DNA of 64,000 bases, taken from contig OZ024744.1 of NCBI GenBank assembly GCA_964016885.1, forward strand, positions 24,986,001 to 25,050,000. The letters are read 5' to 3'. A program made the position numbers and the translations under genes. The notes beneath the pieces were generated by a model, which did not search any database, was not told where the DNA came from, and worked only from the letters and a program-made list of their open reading frames with translations. Source of the DNA: Eledone cirrhosa (Eukaryota). Position 1 is the first letter of the stretch, and each line of letters begins with the position of its first letter. Of the stretch, positions 1 to 13,620 are shown piece after piece.

Positions 1-222
1 TTCAGCAAAACACCTGATATCAAAGTGTTGTAATTTGCTTGAAACATTGTGGAATAAGAAATAGAAATTTAAATAAGTTCGGAATTTGGAAGCCCGACAA
101 TGCGTTCGAAATTAAAAGGTTTCAAGTAAAAGGACTGATAAGAGTGACAACGGTAACATTTTACCTCAGCAATTTTATTGATCTCAAATATTTTTGGATT
201 TACCATCCATTATCAAGAGAAT

Positions 223-402
223 TGTATTGGTAGTATCGGTAAAGAGTCGGACGCCATGCTTTGACGCATAGAGTTACGGCCCTTGCCATTCTGAGTTCAA
301 ATCCCACCGAGGTTAACTTTGCCTTTCATCCTTACGGGGTCGATAAAATAAAGTACCATAATGCACTGGGTAATTGCTGGCCTTGTGCCTAAAGTAGAAA
401 AA
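223..402 (+). mobile_element. tRNA-derived SINE (family A), full length
   Basis: A-box-like TGGTAGTATCGGT, B-box GTTCAAATCC, shared core TTTGCCTTTCATCCTTACGGGGTCGATAAAATAAAGTACC, 3' GCCTAAAGTAGAAA. 14-bp TSD ATTATCAAGAGAAT at 209-222 and 403-416. Confidence 0.9.
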
Positions 403-574
403 ATTATCAAGAGAATCCGTGTGTAGATGCTTAGGGGGCTATCGGGGAAGAGTTGTAGTAAGGAGCAGCAATAACTGGGAGTAATCGTAAGGTGGTCTTA
501 TCATCTTGTTTGTACGTTCTGTCAATCAAGGCCAAGGAAACCATTATAATCTTCTTTCGCCTTTGTGACAGACA

Positions 575-752
575 TTAACCGCTACTTTTAATGTAGCAAA
601 GGCAGAAGAATCTAAACTAGCCGTGGCGAGAATACCGCAAAATCGGGAAAACTGCAGCCCGCCTGTGGAAGCAGCCCCGTGAGGAATGGTGGCTGTTACA
701 GCGGGTCTCTCTGGGTCTCATATCATTCTCCGCGGCAATGGGGTGCAGCTGA
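575..752 (+). mobile_element. Degenerate CRE-like non-LTR retrotransposon 3' relic
   Basis: Frameshifted translation ATFNVAKAEESKL...KIGKTAARLWKQPREEWWLLQRVSLGLI resembles the C-terminus of CRE-type restriction-like endonuclease ORFs and the 60155-60275 fragment. Confidence 0.45.
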
Positions 753-1261
753 GACACACAGAGTGGATTGTAATGTCTGTCACCCCCCCCCCCCCCCTTC
801 TCTTTCTTTCCTTGCTTAATATCCTTTTCCCTTTTCTTCTTTTTCTTCTCTATCCTTTTCGTTTCCTATTGACATTAATATTCAAGAAATACAAAACAGT
901 CTTTTATAACATAGAAAAGAAATATCTATTTAATCATTTTTACCTCTGAAAAAAAAAAAGGTTCAAAATGAAATTCATTCTTATAAAGTGGTAAATTGGC
1001 AGAATTGTCCGAGCGTCGGAGAAATTGCCTTTTAGTTACTGTACTTTACGTTCTGATTTCAAAACACACAAGGAGCTCAACTTTACCCCTTCAATCCTAT
1101 TGGGGGTCGATGTAATATTTCAAAAACATTCTTAGATGTGAATGAAATTAAGATAGAAAAAAAGATAGAGTAGGAAAAAGAAGCAGTTAATGTGGGAGAA
1201 GAAAAACTGGTCGAAAAATAGAAGGAAAGTGTGTAAAGCTTTATACTATCGCTTGTCTTAA

Positions 1262-1448
1262 TCCTTTAGCATTTACATTACTTTATATATTATTACATTA
1301 TCACTGTAAAGGCTTTACTTCACATAATGATTTCATATAATATTGAATCTATGAGATTTCGATAGTATTTATTTTGCGAAAGATACCTTAACATAAGAAA
1401 GAGCTGAGAGAATTCTGGCCGGATATGGCCGGTTTAAATGTTAAAGGG
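1262..1448. mobile_element. piggyBac-like MITE
   Basis: TTAA at 1258-1261 and 1449-1452 flank imperfect TIRs TCCTTTAGCATTTA / TAAATGTTAAAGGG. Confidence 0.65.
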
Positions 1449-1489
1449 TTAAAGACGTTACTGCAGATCTTATTCTCAACCGTTATACA

Positions 1490-1885
1490 ACAGACCTATG
1501 TTCAATTACATTCTAGTAATGACCATCCTGTCTGTTTATGTTATCTAAGAACATCTTGTGTTCAATGTGTCTATTTATTTTCTAAGGTGACGGGTTAGGA
1601 TTTAAGGGAGATTTAGTTGTTATTTCTAGTAGAATAACTGAGGACGTAAAGGTTTCTTTATCGGTCTTTTCGTAATTGCTATTTTTGTTTAGCTCTAAGG
1701 TTTCCTGATAAGGCAGACCTATGATAAAAGATACCCAAACGTTACCATCCCATCAGTTTATATCCATGCATCCCAGGACTACAATATTCCATGGTTTTTA
1801 TTTCTAAGACCATATGGTATGATTTAAGGGAGATAGTGTTGCTATTTCTAGCAGACCAGGTAGAGGCTCCGACGTAGGCTGATAG
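1490..1885 (+). repeat. Two degenerate copies of dispersed repeat family C
   Basis: Motifs GACCTATG...ACCATCC and GATTTAAGGGAGAT...TATTTCTAG occur twice here. They recur at ~7275-7470, 24340-24430 (-), 32780, 34900 (-) and 61920-62080. Confidence 0.6.
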
Positions 1886-2033
1886 TTGTGGTCTTTCAAT
1901 GGTGTATTTTATTGTGCCGTGACAGTTATAGGTGACAATCATCTGCGGAGGTCATGTATCCATGTATGTATGGTGACACATACATATATACATATATACA
2001 TATATATACATACATATAAATATATATATACAT

Positions 2034-2196
<163 letters not shown>

Positions 2197-2827
2197 CCAG
2201 ACTTGTATTGTGTGTATGTAAAGGCATGTAAGATGGTGTTGATGTGTATATTTGAGGGGTATAATTTTTATGACCTGTTGGCAGTATGTCACATTGCTAT
2301 ATAAAATATTCAACAGCCCAGCCACACACACGTACATACACACAGAGACACATACACATACATTCACACACAGACACACACACGTACATACACACAGAGA
2401 AACATACACACACATACACACGCACACACACACACTCACAGACACACACACACACATACACATATGACTACATATGTATATATGTGTGTATATACATAGA
2501 CATATATATATATTATATAAATATGTGCGTATACGTAGACACACATACAAATAACTGCATATACACTTCTACACATACAAATACACACACATACAAATAC
2601 ACACACGCACACATACATACATATATATATATACATATATATATATATGTATATGTATATGTATATGTATATATATATATATGTATATATGTATATGTAT
2701 GTGTGCGTGTGTGTATTTGTATGTATATATATGTACACATATTTCATTTATATATATACACATATATATATATATATATATAAACACGTATACATATATA
2801 TATATATATATCATATATATATATATT

Positions 2828-2959
<132 letters not shown>

Positions 2960-3301
2960 GTGAGATTCCACGTATCTCTAGACAAGACACTTACATACAC
3001 GCATCACTAGATCTGTACTGGATGAATATGTATTTAAAAATCTGGTCGAGTCCTAAGTACGGTTGTAGATTTTCTAATTACTCATTTCCGTCTTAAAGTG
3101 TTTACACGTGGTTCACTAATGGAACAAGCAAAGAAAATAAAACGATAACAAAAATAATAATGATAAACATACAAAAGTATTCTATAAGTACACGTGTATA
3201 GTTTCTCTTCTGTATTTATGAATATTTGCATCTATCTTATATTATGTATATAAACACACACACACTCACGCGCGCGCGCACACGCACACACACACACATA
3301 C

Positions 3302-3367
<66 letters not shown>

Positions 3368-3370
<3 letters not shown>

Positions 3371-3564
3371 AAAAGGTATGACCCCGACGGCAGAGCTCAA
3401 GCCGTTTCGACGGCTATATATATATACAGGCCAGAAATAGCCGTTGAAACGGCTTGAACTCTGCCGTCGGGGTCATACTTTTTCCTATTTCCCACTCTAC
3501 TACTCTAAGTATTGAGTACTCTGGTGCGTTATGGTCCATCTGGTTCTTTACCACAATTCCTTTG

Positions 3565-3567
<3 letters not shown>
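3368..3567. mobile_element. Family X (TA)n-embedded element with partial inverted duplication (putative Penelope-like derivative)
   Basis: Body CCAGAAATAGCCGT..GAAACGGCTTGA..TCTGCCGTCGGGGTC...CCACAATTCCTTTGTTATA, preceded by an inverted copy of its 5' part. Seven copies in the window. Confidence 0.75.
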
Positions 3568-3623
<56 letters not shown>

Positions 3624-3769
3624 ATATATATATACAAACACGCACACACACACATATATATATACACGTAAATATGCACATATGTATGTTTGTCGGTTGT
3701 ATGTATATATATAAATAAAAAAATAAAAAAAATGGCGTAGACATACAATGTAACGGGAGGAAACAATAG

Positions 3770-3813
3770 CACCACTGACGATGTTGCAGATGCGCAACGA
3801 AAGATTTATGATA
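3770..3813 (+). ncRNA. Degenerate type I hammerhead ribozyme motif
   Basis: CACCA-CTGACGA-T-GTTGC-AGATGC-GCAAC-GAAA-GATTTA-TGATA. Perfect 5-bp helix II, partly decayed helix I. Confidence 0.5.
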
Positions 3814-4015
3814 AACTATATATATGTGTTTGTGTCTATATTGTATCTGTATTATTTTTGACCGTCGGTCAGTCAATGGCAACATTGAGGACCGAATAAA
3901 TTAGATCGCCGATATAAAAGACACAGAAGCGACAAGCGAAAACCAACCAAACAGTGAGTGTGTTCTGTTATTAATTCTGGCAATATTACACAAATATGAC
4001 CCTCCCCAAGTATAA

Positions 4016-4054
<39 letters not shown>

Positions 4055-4796
4055 GAGAAGAAAGAAGAATACTGCGTGGTTGCACATGGGTTACATATGA
4101 TAAACTAGTCCTTCGTCAGTGATTTTCCAACCATCATGGGTATTTCATCACATTAAAAATCATATACCTCAGGTTGGTGCGAGCAATAACTAAAAAAAGT
4201 TATTGGGACCAGTAAATCGCGTAAACCGAGGGGGACAAGTAAACAACATAGAAGGATAAAAGCAAATATATATATGTCTGTGTGTATGTAAGAATGTGTA
4301 TAAATGTAAATATGCATGTATGTATGTATACGTGCATATGTGTATATATATGTGTGTGTGTATGTATGTACTTGCGTATATATATATATATACTTACTTC
4401 ATATATATATATATATGTATGTTCTTCTGGTTTTATAATTTCACAAAGTGTTACCAATAGAGAGAGAGTCGGTTTCTAACATAGACACAAGACTCTCTCA
4501 TTGGAATTTACACAACATCAACTAAGTAGATATGTATGTATGCATGTGTAGATATAGATGTTATTGTATGTGTGGATGTGGATGTTTTGAGTTGTATGTG
4601 TGCATGTGTATATGCTTTGTATCTGTAGAAGTGTATATGCAGTTATATGTATGTATGTATGTATGTATATATGTATGTATGTATAACCAAAGATTAATAT
4701 GGTTCAATGAATACAGTTTTACAATAGAAAAAAATTCCTGGAGTTATTAATATTATTCAAAATAATAACAAATGAAGATATTCACATAATCAAAAT

Positions 4797-4862
4797 ATAT
4801 GCTTTATATATATTTCGAAGGTACTGTGTTGTTTTTTCTGTAGGTTCTCGTCAGATAAAATA
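4797..4862 (-). ncRNA. Hammerhead motif, family H1 (diverged copy)
   Basis: Minus strand TATTTTAT-CTGACGA-GAACCTACAG..CAGTACCTTC-GAA-ATATATAT-A, within an element (~4685-4940) homologous to 14617-15040. Confidence 0.6.
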
Positions 4863-5072
4863 TGTGATTTGATGTATGACATACCTCAACGATCTTGATA
4901 TTTCATTTCCTGTACTGCCATTTGTTAATATTTTGAATAATGTATATATGTATATATATTTGTATGTATATATATATGTATGTATGTATCTATGTATATA
5001 TGTATGTATGTATATATATATATATGTATGTATGTATGTATGTATCTATGTATGTATGTATGTATATATATA

Positions 5073-5195
5073 TTTATTAAAATAACAGATTAAAGTTTAA
5101 GCAAAGAATCGCTGCTATTGGTTAGTTTCAGAAGATCCCGTTAAGGGTGAAAGCAGCGATTCTTTGCTTAAACTTTAATCTGTTATTTTAATAAA
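5073..5195. repeat. 44-bp-arm perfect inverted repeat element
   Basis: 5073-5116 is the reverse complement of 5152-5195. Arm fragments recur at ~18099, 23142 and 56433. Confidence 0.85.
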
Positions 5196-5308
5196 GATTT
5201 GCTCTACGGTTCTTATATATTTGATATATATTTATCCTTATCGAGCCCTCTTTGGATTTTAGTCTTCAAATTTATTATTATTACTATATATATATATATA
5301 TGTATGTA

Positions 5309-5342
<34 letters not shown>

Positions 5343-7070
5343 TATATGTATATATGTATCTATGTATGTATATATGTATATATGTATGTATGTATGTATG
5401 TACATGTTTGTAGATATGTATCTATGTATGTATGTATATATATATGTATGTATATATATATATATGTGTGTATGTACATATGTATGTATATGTGTATATA
5501 TGTATCTATGTATGTATGCATATATGTATATATGTATATATGTGTATATGTATGTATGTATATATGTATGTATATATGTATGCATGTATGTATGTATATA
5601 TATATATGTATGTATATATGTATATATGTATGTATGAGTGTGTATCTATGTGTGAGAGTATATTATAATATGGGTGTACACTTGTTTGGGTTAAGAGGTT
5701 CACTTCGTAGTTCCACACAGCAACATATACACACATATAGTATATAGACACACACATATACACAGACACAGCATATAGACACATACATATAGACACACAT
5801 ACATACACAGTATATAGACACATACATACATACTGAGACACACATACACGGATACATATACGGCCACATACAGCCAGACACGTATATACACATATACAGA
5901 GAACACAACACACACACAGCATATAGACACACATACAGACAGATACAGACACACATACAGACACGCATATATACACACATACAAACACACATACACACAT
6001 ATAGATAAACATACAGACACACAGAGACAGACACACACACGTACACACACAAGCACTTTCATAAACATTACACACATATGCACACGCACTTTTATAAACA
6101 CTCACGCACGCACACAGATTTGATGTCATTCCAGACATGACTGTCACTCCTTTTCGTTCTGTCTACTGAGACGGTGAATTGATCCGAATGGTTTGACACA
6201 CGAGACAACATGCCTTGTGGTATTCATTCCACCCGCTTATCTTCTGATCTTAATGCCGTCGGGTGGATCTTTGCCTTTCATCTTTCCGGTCGGTGTCGAT
6301 GAAATAAAGTAGCAATTGTAGGGTATTGGAATTGTGGAATTGGTAGAGGGTGAATGAGATACTTTGCAGTATTTGATCCGGTTTTTAAGAGGTTCACTAA
6401 GTTGTTAGGTTGTAAGTAAACTTAATCCCTCGCTCAGTTTAAACCCACTTCGTGATCCCTTGGATGCCGTTAACAAAATCATTTTGGTCTGCAAACTTTC
6501 AGGACAGTTCTCTGGCTTGCGACAACTTCCACATTTCGGCCAACGGTTCTTGGAAGATCTTTAAAAATAGGAGGGTTAGCATCTACTTTCCCTCTCCCAC
6601 TAAGAGATTAAAAAAAAGGAGACAAAGAAAACAGTGTGTATCTGGGACTACATTATCTAATATGTCATTCCCTTAAGACGGTAAATATGATTTTTAAAAA
6701 AGTGGGAGATAGGGAGAAAGATACAGGGAGAGTGGGTGTGTGTGTGAGAGAGAGAGGGTGTTATGTGTGTGTGAGAGAGAGTTTAGACTGTGTTATTTCG
6801 AGCAGGTCAAGCGACCACTTAAAGCCACTCTTGGTCGGCTCATGTTTCTTTTATATATTTGGTGTTGGTGGAATGAACATTAGTAGGTGATAAAGAAGGG
6901 GTGCTTCAGATAGAGTTGAAATAAATCTGGAACAGCTATATAATAATATATATACTGGTGTTATATTACTGTTTATCTTATTATGTGCGGTTGTTGTCGA
7001 TGGAATGAATTTATCTGCATATATATATATGTATATATATATCTGCATATATATATATATATATTTTATC

Positions 7071-7118
<48 letters not shown>

Positions 7119-7700
7119 CCTTGCTTTGATGTCTCAAACATCTCGCCCTCATTAGACGAAATACATGGAAATATATGCCACAAAACATGCTATGTCTTTT
7201 ATTCCATCTATCAAAAATGTTAAATTCTATAATGTACATATTATCAAATAACCCTAGGTCAGTTACCAATGATTAAGCAGACTTATGATCAATCACATTC
7301 CGTCTATGACCATCCCGCCTTTCCTCGGTTATCGGATATCTATGACAAGTTATTTAATGTTATTCCAAAAAAGGATATTATTCCCAAAAGGATGGAGTTG
7401 ATATAATTTGAGGTATATTTAGCTGCTATCTTAAGCAGGGTGCGTGTGACGATGTATAGGTTCTTGATATTGGCTCAGTAAAGGATAGACGTCCTCACAG
7501 AACTGGAGAGCCACATCGTATACATCGCAATTCTTGGTGACGCGTTTCCAATTACATCACGTAACGCCCACCGTAGAAAAAACACATCATAGAAAGTCTG
7601 TTTTCTAGGGTGGCCAAAACAAACACTGAGATTTGATCTGTGAATTGATCAAAAGGTTCTGAGAGAGTAAGAGAGAGAGATAGGGAGGGAGGGGAGAGAG

Positions 7701-7756
<56 letters not shown>

Positions 7757-8371
7757 GCAGAGAGAGAGAGAGAGAAGAAATTAGAGAGAGGATAAAGAGA
7801 AGAAAGTGGGAAGAGAGAGAGAGAGAAAGAGAGAGAAGAGAGATAATAAAGTAGAAAGAGAGGGAGGATAGAGAGAATAAAGTGGGAAGAAGGAGAGAGA
7901 GAAAGAGAGAGGAGAGATATAATAAAGTAGAAAGAGAGGGAGGATAAAGAGAAGAAAGTGTGAAGAGAGAGGAGAGACATTACGACAGAAAAATATTCCT
8001 TCAACCATTGTTGTTGTTGTTGTGGTTCTATTTATAAACGATATTGCTGTTATTGCTATTATTGTTGATGTTGTTGTTGGAGTATGTCAAAAACAGAGTC
8101 CGAGAAAACTGATATGATACAACAGAAATGTATACCCAATCTAACAGGGAGCCCCCTTTATAGAAATTAATTTTCCCACGGACTCCATGTTTTTCAAAGG
8201 TCTTTCTTGCTTACTCAACAAGCTGGCCGCCGACCCCTCAGTACTACCTTTCTCGACCCGAGGGGGCCAGTGGTCTCTCCCCTCCACCGACCCACCTTCC
8301 CAGGCTGGGAATCGTTGCATATTATAGTCATATTCGTGATTTCGAATAAGTCTATATTATGCCGTGTGCGT

Positions 8372-8402
<31 letters not shown>

Positions 8403-8554
8403 ATAGTTGTGATGGTGGTGGTGGTGCGTGTGTGTGTGTCTGTGTGTGTGTGTGTGTGATAGTTGTGATGGTGTGAATATATTTTGACGTTTCGTAGGTT
8501 GTCGCCTCGTTTGTGAGTGTGTAAGAGAAATGTTTTTGTTTTAATCACACACAT

Positions 8555-8604
<50 letters not shown>

Positions 8605-8879
8605 CATAAGAAACGGAGAATCAGTGTTGCGACGAATACAAATTATTAGACATATTACAATCGTTTCTCTATCGACCAGCTCGGGGCAAGATCGATGTAA
8701 TGATCGAACCTTACTCTGAAATCGCAAGGTCCTCAGATACGTCTTGATTCTACGAAGCAGAGTTTCCAAATGATATATATATATATATATTTATCTCACA
8801 CTCTCGTTTTTTGTCCCCCACCACACTTTCTTTCCCGACGACAACACCAAGAACAACAAGGATTTCTGTCACTTTTTAG

Positions 8880-8910
8880 CAAAACACCTGAAATTAAAGA
8901 ATATTTTCAG
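8880..8910 (+). CDS. Candidate 31-nt micro-exon (..KTPEIKEYFQ)
   Basis: TTTTTAG| acceptor and CAG|GTTTGG donor. Near-duplicate of the sequence after TTCAG| at position 6. Phase-0 end matches the 49736 exon. Confidence 0.35.
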
Positions 8911-9311
8911 GTTTGGTCTGGTGTGTCGATTAAACAAAAAGCCCAGTACTTGACTGTTTCTTTTATTTTATCGACCCCGGAAGAATAAAAGGTAAAGTTG
9001 TGCTCAACGGGAGTTGAGCTCAAGTCAAAAAGAACCGGAAAAAAAACTGCAAATCTTTGATTGCTAATCGATTCTGACCATTGCCCGTCGTTGATGGTAT
9101 TGGTTATAGTTTCTAAAGTCTTCGAAATAACAACAGCAACAACAACAGCAACAACAACAACAATTCAACCGCCAAAAACAACAGCTATACAAAATAATTA
9201 TCAATAGTAACAATAACAACAACAATAGCAACAATAACAACAACAACCACAGCAACAACAACAACAACAACATCAACGACAAACTCAATAACAAAAACAA
9301 CAATCGTCGTC

Positions 9312-12300
9312 GTGGTAGTGGTGGTGGCAATGGTGGTGGTAGTGGTGGTGGTGGTGGTGGTAGTGGTGGTAGTGGTGGTAGTAGTAATAGTGGTGGTGGT
9401 GATGGAAGTGGTGGTGGTAGTGGTGGTAGTAGTAATAGTGGTGGTGGTGATGGAAGTGGTAGTGGTAATAGTGGTGGTGGTGGTGGTGGTGTTGGTGGTG
9501 GTAGTGGTGGTAGTGGTAGTGGTGGTAGTGGTAATAGTGGCGGTGGTGATGGAAGTGGTGGTGCTGTTGGTGGTGGTAGTAGTAATAGTGATGGTGGTGA
9601 TGGCGGTGGTAGTGGTGGTAGTAGTATTAGTGGTGGTGGTGTTGGTGGTGGTAGTGGTTGTAGTAGTATTAGTAGCGGTGGTGGTGGTGGTAGTGGTGTT
9701 GGTGGTGGTAGTAGTATTAGTGGGGGTGGTGTTGGTGGTGGTGTTGGTGGTGGTGGTGGTTGTAGTAGTATTAGTGGTGGTGGTGGTAGTAGTATTAGTG
9801 GTGTTGGTGGTGGTAGTGGTTGTAGTAGTATTAGTGGCGGTGGTGGTGTTGGTGGTGGTAGTGGTGGTACTAGTATTAGTGGTGGTGGTGGTGGTGGTAG
9901 TAGTGGTTGTAGTAGGATTAGTGGTGGTGGTGGTGGTGGTGGTAGTAGTATTAGTGGTGGTGGTGGTGGTAGTGGTTGTAGTAGTATTAGTGGCGGTGGT
10001 GGTGGTGGTGGTAGTGGTTGTAGTAGTATTAGTGGCCGTGGTGGTGGTGGTGGTAGTGGTTGTAGTAGTATTAGTGGTGGTGGTGGTGGTGGTGGTAGTA
10101 TTAGTGGTGGTGGTGGTGGTAGTGGTTGTAGTAGTATTAGTGGTGTTGGTGGTGGTAGTCGTTGTAGTAGTATTAGTGGTGGTGGTGGTGGTTGTAGTAG
10201 TATTAGTGGTGGTGGTGGTGGTAGTGGTTGTAGTAGTCGTTGTAGTAGTATTAGTGGTAGTGGTGGTGGTAGTGGTTGTAGTAGTATTAGTGGCGGTGGT
10301 GGTGTTGGTGGTAGTAGTCGTTGTAGTAGTATTAGTGGTAGTGGTGGTGGTAGTGGTTGTAGTAGTATTAGTGGCGGTGGTGTTGTTGGTGGTAGTAGTC
10401 GTTGTAGTAGTATTAGTGGCGGTGGTGGTGTTGGTGGTAGTAGTGGTTGTAGTAGTATTAGTGGTGGTGGTGGTGGTAGTGGTTGTAGTAGTATTAGTGG
10501 CGGTGGTGTTGTTGGTGGTAGTATTAGTGGCGGTGGTGTTGTTGGTGGTAGTAGTCGTTGTAGTAGTATTAGTGGTGTTGGTGGTGGTAGTGGTTGTAGT
10601 AGTATTAGTGGCGGTGGTGGTGTTGGTGGTAGTAGTGGTTGTAGTAGTATTAGTGGTGTTGGTGGTGGTAGTGGTTGTAGTAGTATTAGTGGCGGTGGTG
10701 GTGTTGGTGGTAGTAGTGGTTGTAGTAGTATTAGTGGTGGTGGTGGTGTTGGTGGTAGTAGTGGTTGTAGTAGTATTAGTGGTGTTGGTGGTGGTAGTTG
10801 TTGTAGTAGTATTAGTGGTGGTGGTGGTGGTAGTGGTTGTAGTAGTATTAGTGGCGGTGGTGTTGTTGGTGGTAGTAGTCGTTGTAGTAGTATTAGTGGC
10901 GGTGGTGGTGTTGGTGGTAGTAGTGGTTGTAGTAGTATTAGTGGTAGTGGTGGTGGTAGTGGTTGTAGTAGTATTAGTGGCGGTGGTGTTGTTGGTGGTA
11001 GTAGTCGTTGTAGTAGTATTAGTGGCGGTGGTGGTGTTGGTGGTAGTAGTGGTTGTAGTAGTATTAGTGGTGGTGGTGGTGGTAGTGGTTGTAGTAGTAT
11101 TAGTGGTGGTGGTGGTGTTGGTGGTAGTAGTGGTTGTAGTAGTATTAGTGGTGTTGGTGGTGGTAGTGGTTGTAGTAGTATTAGTGGCGGTGGTGGTGGT
11201 GGTGGTAGTATTCGTTGTAGTAGTATTAGTGGTGGTGGTGGTGGTTGTAGTAGTAGTAGTGGCGGTGGTGGTGTTGGTGCTAGTAGTGGTTGTAGTAGTA
11301 TTAGTGGTGTTGGTGGTGGTAGTGGTTGTAGTAGTATTAGTGGCGGTGGTGGTGTTGGTAGTAGTAGTTGTTGTAGTAGTATTAGTGGTGGTGGTGGTGG
11401 TGGTAGTGGTTGTAGTAGTATTAGTGGTGGTGGTGGTGTTGGTGGTAGTAGTGGTTGTAGTAGTATTAGTGGTGGTGGTGGTGGTTGTGGTTGTAGTAGT
11501 ATTAGTGGCGGTGGTGGTGTTGGTAGTAGTAGTGGTTGTAGTAGTATTAGTGGTGTTGGTGGTGGTAGTGGTTGTAGTAGTATTAGTGGTGGTGGTGGTG
11601 GTAGTGGTTGTAGTAGTATTAGTGGCGGTGGTGGTGTTGGTAGTAGTAGTGGTTGTAGTAGTATTAGTGGTGTTGGTGGTGGTAGTGGTTGTAGTAGTAT
11701 TAGTGGCGGTGGTGGTGTTGGTGGTAGTAGTGGTTGTAGTAGTATTAGTGGTGGTGGTGGTGGTAGTGGTTGTAGTAGTATTAGTGGCGGTGGTGGTGTT
11801 GGTGGTAGTAGTGGTTGTAGTAGTATTAGTGGTGGTGGTGGTGTTAGTGGTAGTAGTGGTTGTAGTAGTATTAGTGGCGGTGGTGGTGTTGGTGGTAGTA
11901 GTGGTTGTAGTAGTATTAGTGGTGTTGGTGGTGGTAGTGGTTGTAGTAGTATTAGTGGCGGTGGTGGTGTTGGTGGTAGTAGTTGTTGTAGTAGTATTAG
12001 TGGTGGTGGTGGTGGTAGTGGTTGTAGTAGTATTAGTGGCGGTGGTGGTGTTGGTAGTAGTAGTGGTTGTAGTAGTATTAGTGGTGGTGGTGGTAGTAGT
12101 CGTTGTAGTAGTATTAGTGGCGGTGGTGTTGTTGGTGGTAGTAGTCGTTATAGTAGTATTAGTGGCGGTGGTGGTGGTGGTGGTAGTGGTTGTAGTAGTA
12201 TTAGTGGCGGTGGTGGTGGTGGTGGTAGTGGTTGTAGTAGTATTAGTGGCGGTGGTGGTGTTGGTGGTAGTAGTGGTTGTAGTAGTATTAGTGGTGTTGG

Positions 12301-13040
12301 TGGTGGTAGTGGTTGTAGTAGTATTAGTGGTGGTGGTAGTGGTTGTAGTAGTATTAGTGGTGTTGGTGGTGGTAGTGGTTGTAGTAGTATTAGTGGCGGT
12401 GGTGGTGGTAGTGGTTGTAGTAGTATTAGTGGTGTTGGTGGTAGTAGTGGTTGTAGTAGTATTAGTGGTGGTGGTGGTGGTAGTGGTTGTAGTAGTATTA
12501 GTGGTGTTGGTGGTGTTGGTGGTAGTAGTGGTTGTAGTAGTATTAGTGGTGTTGGTGGTGGTAGTGGTTGTAGTAGTATTAGTGGTGTTGGTGGTGGTAG
12601 TGGTAGTAGTGGTTGTAGTAGTATTAGTGGTGTTGGTGGTAGTAGTGGTTGTAGTAGTATTAGTGGTGTTGGTGGTGGTAGTGGTAGTAGTGGTTGTAGT
12701 AGTATTAGTGGTGTTGGTGGTGGTAGTGGTTGTAGTAGTATTAGTGGTGTTGGTGGTGGTAGTGGTAGTAGTGGTTGTAGTAGTATTAGTGGTGTTGGTG
12801 GTGGTAGTGGTTGTAGTAGTATTAGTGGTGTTGGTGGTAGTAGTGGTTGTAGTAGTATTAGTGGTGTTGGTGGTGGTAGTGGTAGTAGTGGTTGTAGTAG
12901 TATTAGTGGTGTTGGTGGTAGTAGTGGTTGTAGTAGTATTAGTGGTGTTGGTGGTGGTAGTGGTAGTAGTGGTTGTAGTAGTATTAGTGGTGTTGGTGGT
13001 GGTAGTGGTTGTAGTAGTATTAGTGGTGTTGGTGGTGGAG
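9312..13040. repeat. Compound GTG/GTA trinucleotide satellite
   Basis: Variable-length units anchored on GTTGTAGTAGTATTAGTGG. Confidence 0.95.
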
Positions 13041-13620
13041 GCGAAGTGGTTGTTATTAGTTGTTACAATGCTAGTGATGTCAGTGTCGGTAGCGCTGTGT
13101 TTATAAGACCAAGTAATGGCAATATGGATGCTAAACCTTATAAGAATGACAGTAATTCTTGAGATGGCGGCGTTGACGGCGTTGGCGGTGTGGTTCTAAG
13201 TATTCTCACACCGGATATTATCCTTCCAATTTAAACGGATGCGATTTCTTCTCGCACATGTGGTGTTTAACTGCGAGTGTATAGTGCTACACACACACAC
13301 ATTCATACACGTACACACACATACATACTCTCTCTCACACACACACATACACACACATATATATGTATATATACATACACACACGAATAAACGCGGTCGT
13401 ATATCTGCATATGCATAGAGACTTGTAAGTGTCTTTACTTATGTATGTATGTATGTATGAATGTATGTATGTATGTATATACGTATGCCTGTGTGTATAT
13501 ATGTATTTATGCAAGTATATATATATGTATGTGTGTATGTTTGTGTGTATGTATGTATATATATATATATATATATACATATATATGTGTGTCTGTGTTT
13601 ATGTATGTATGTATATATAA

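Noticed and set aside
6400-6560. Possible minus-strand exon after TTTTTAAAG|
   Set aside because: No clear donor and no recognisable protein similarity.
7552-7658. Possible minus-strand exon after a long (CT)n tract
   Set aside because: The pyrimidine tract is a microsatellite, and the peptide is short and uninformative.
9312-13106. 1264-aa poly-Val ORF
   Set aside because: Translation of a GTN trinucleotide satellite.
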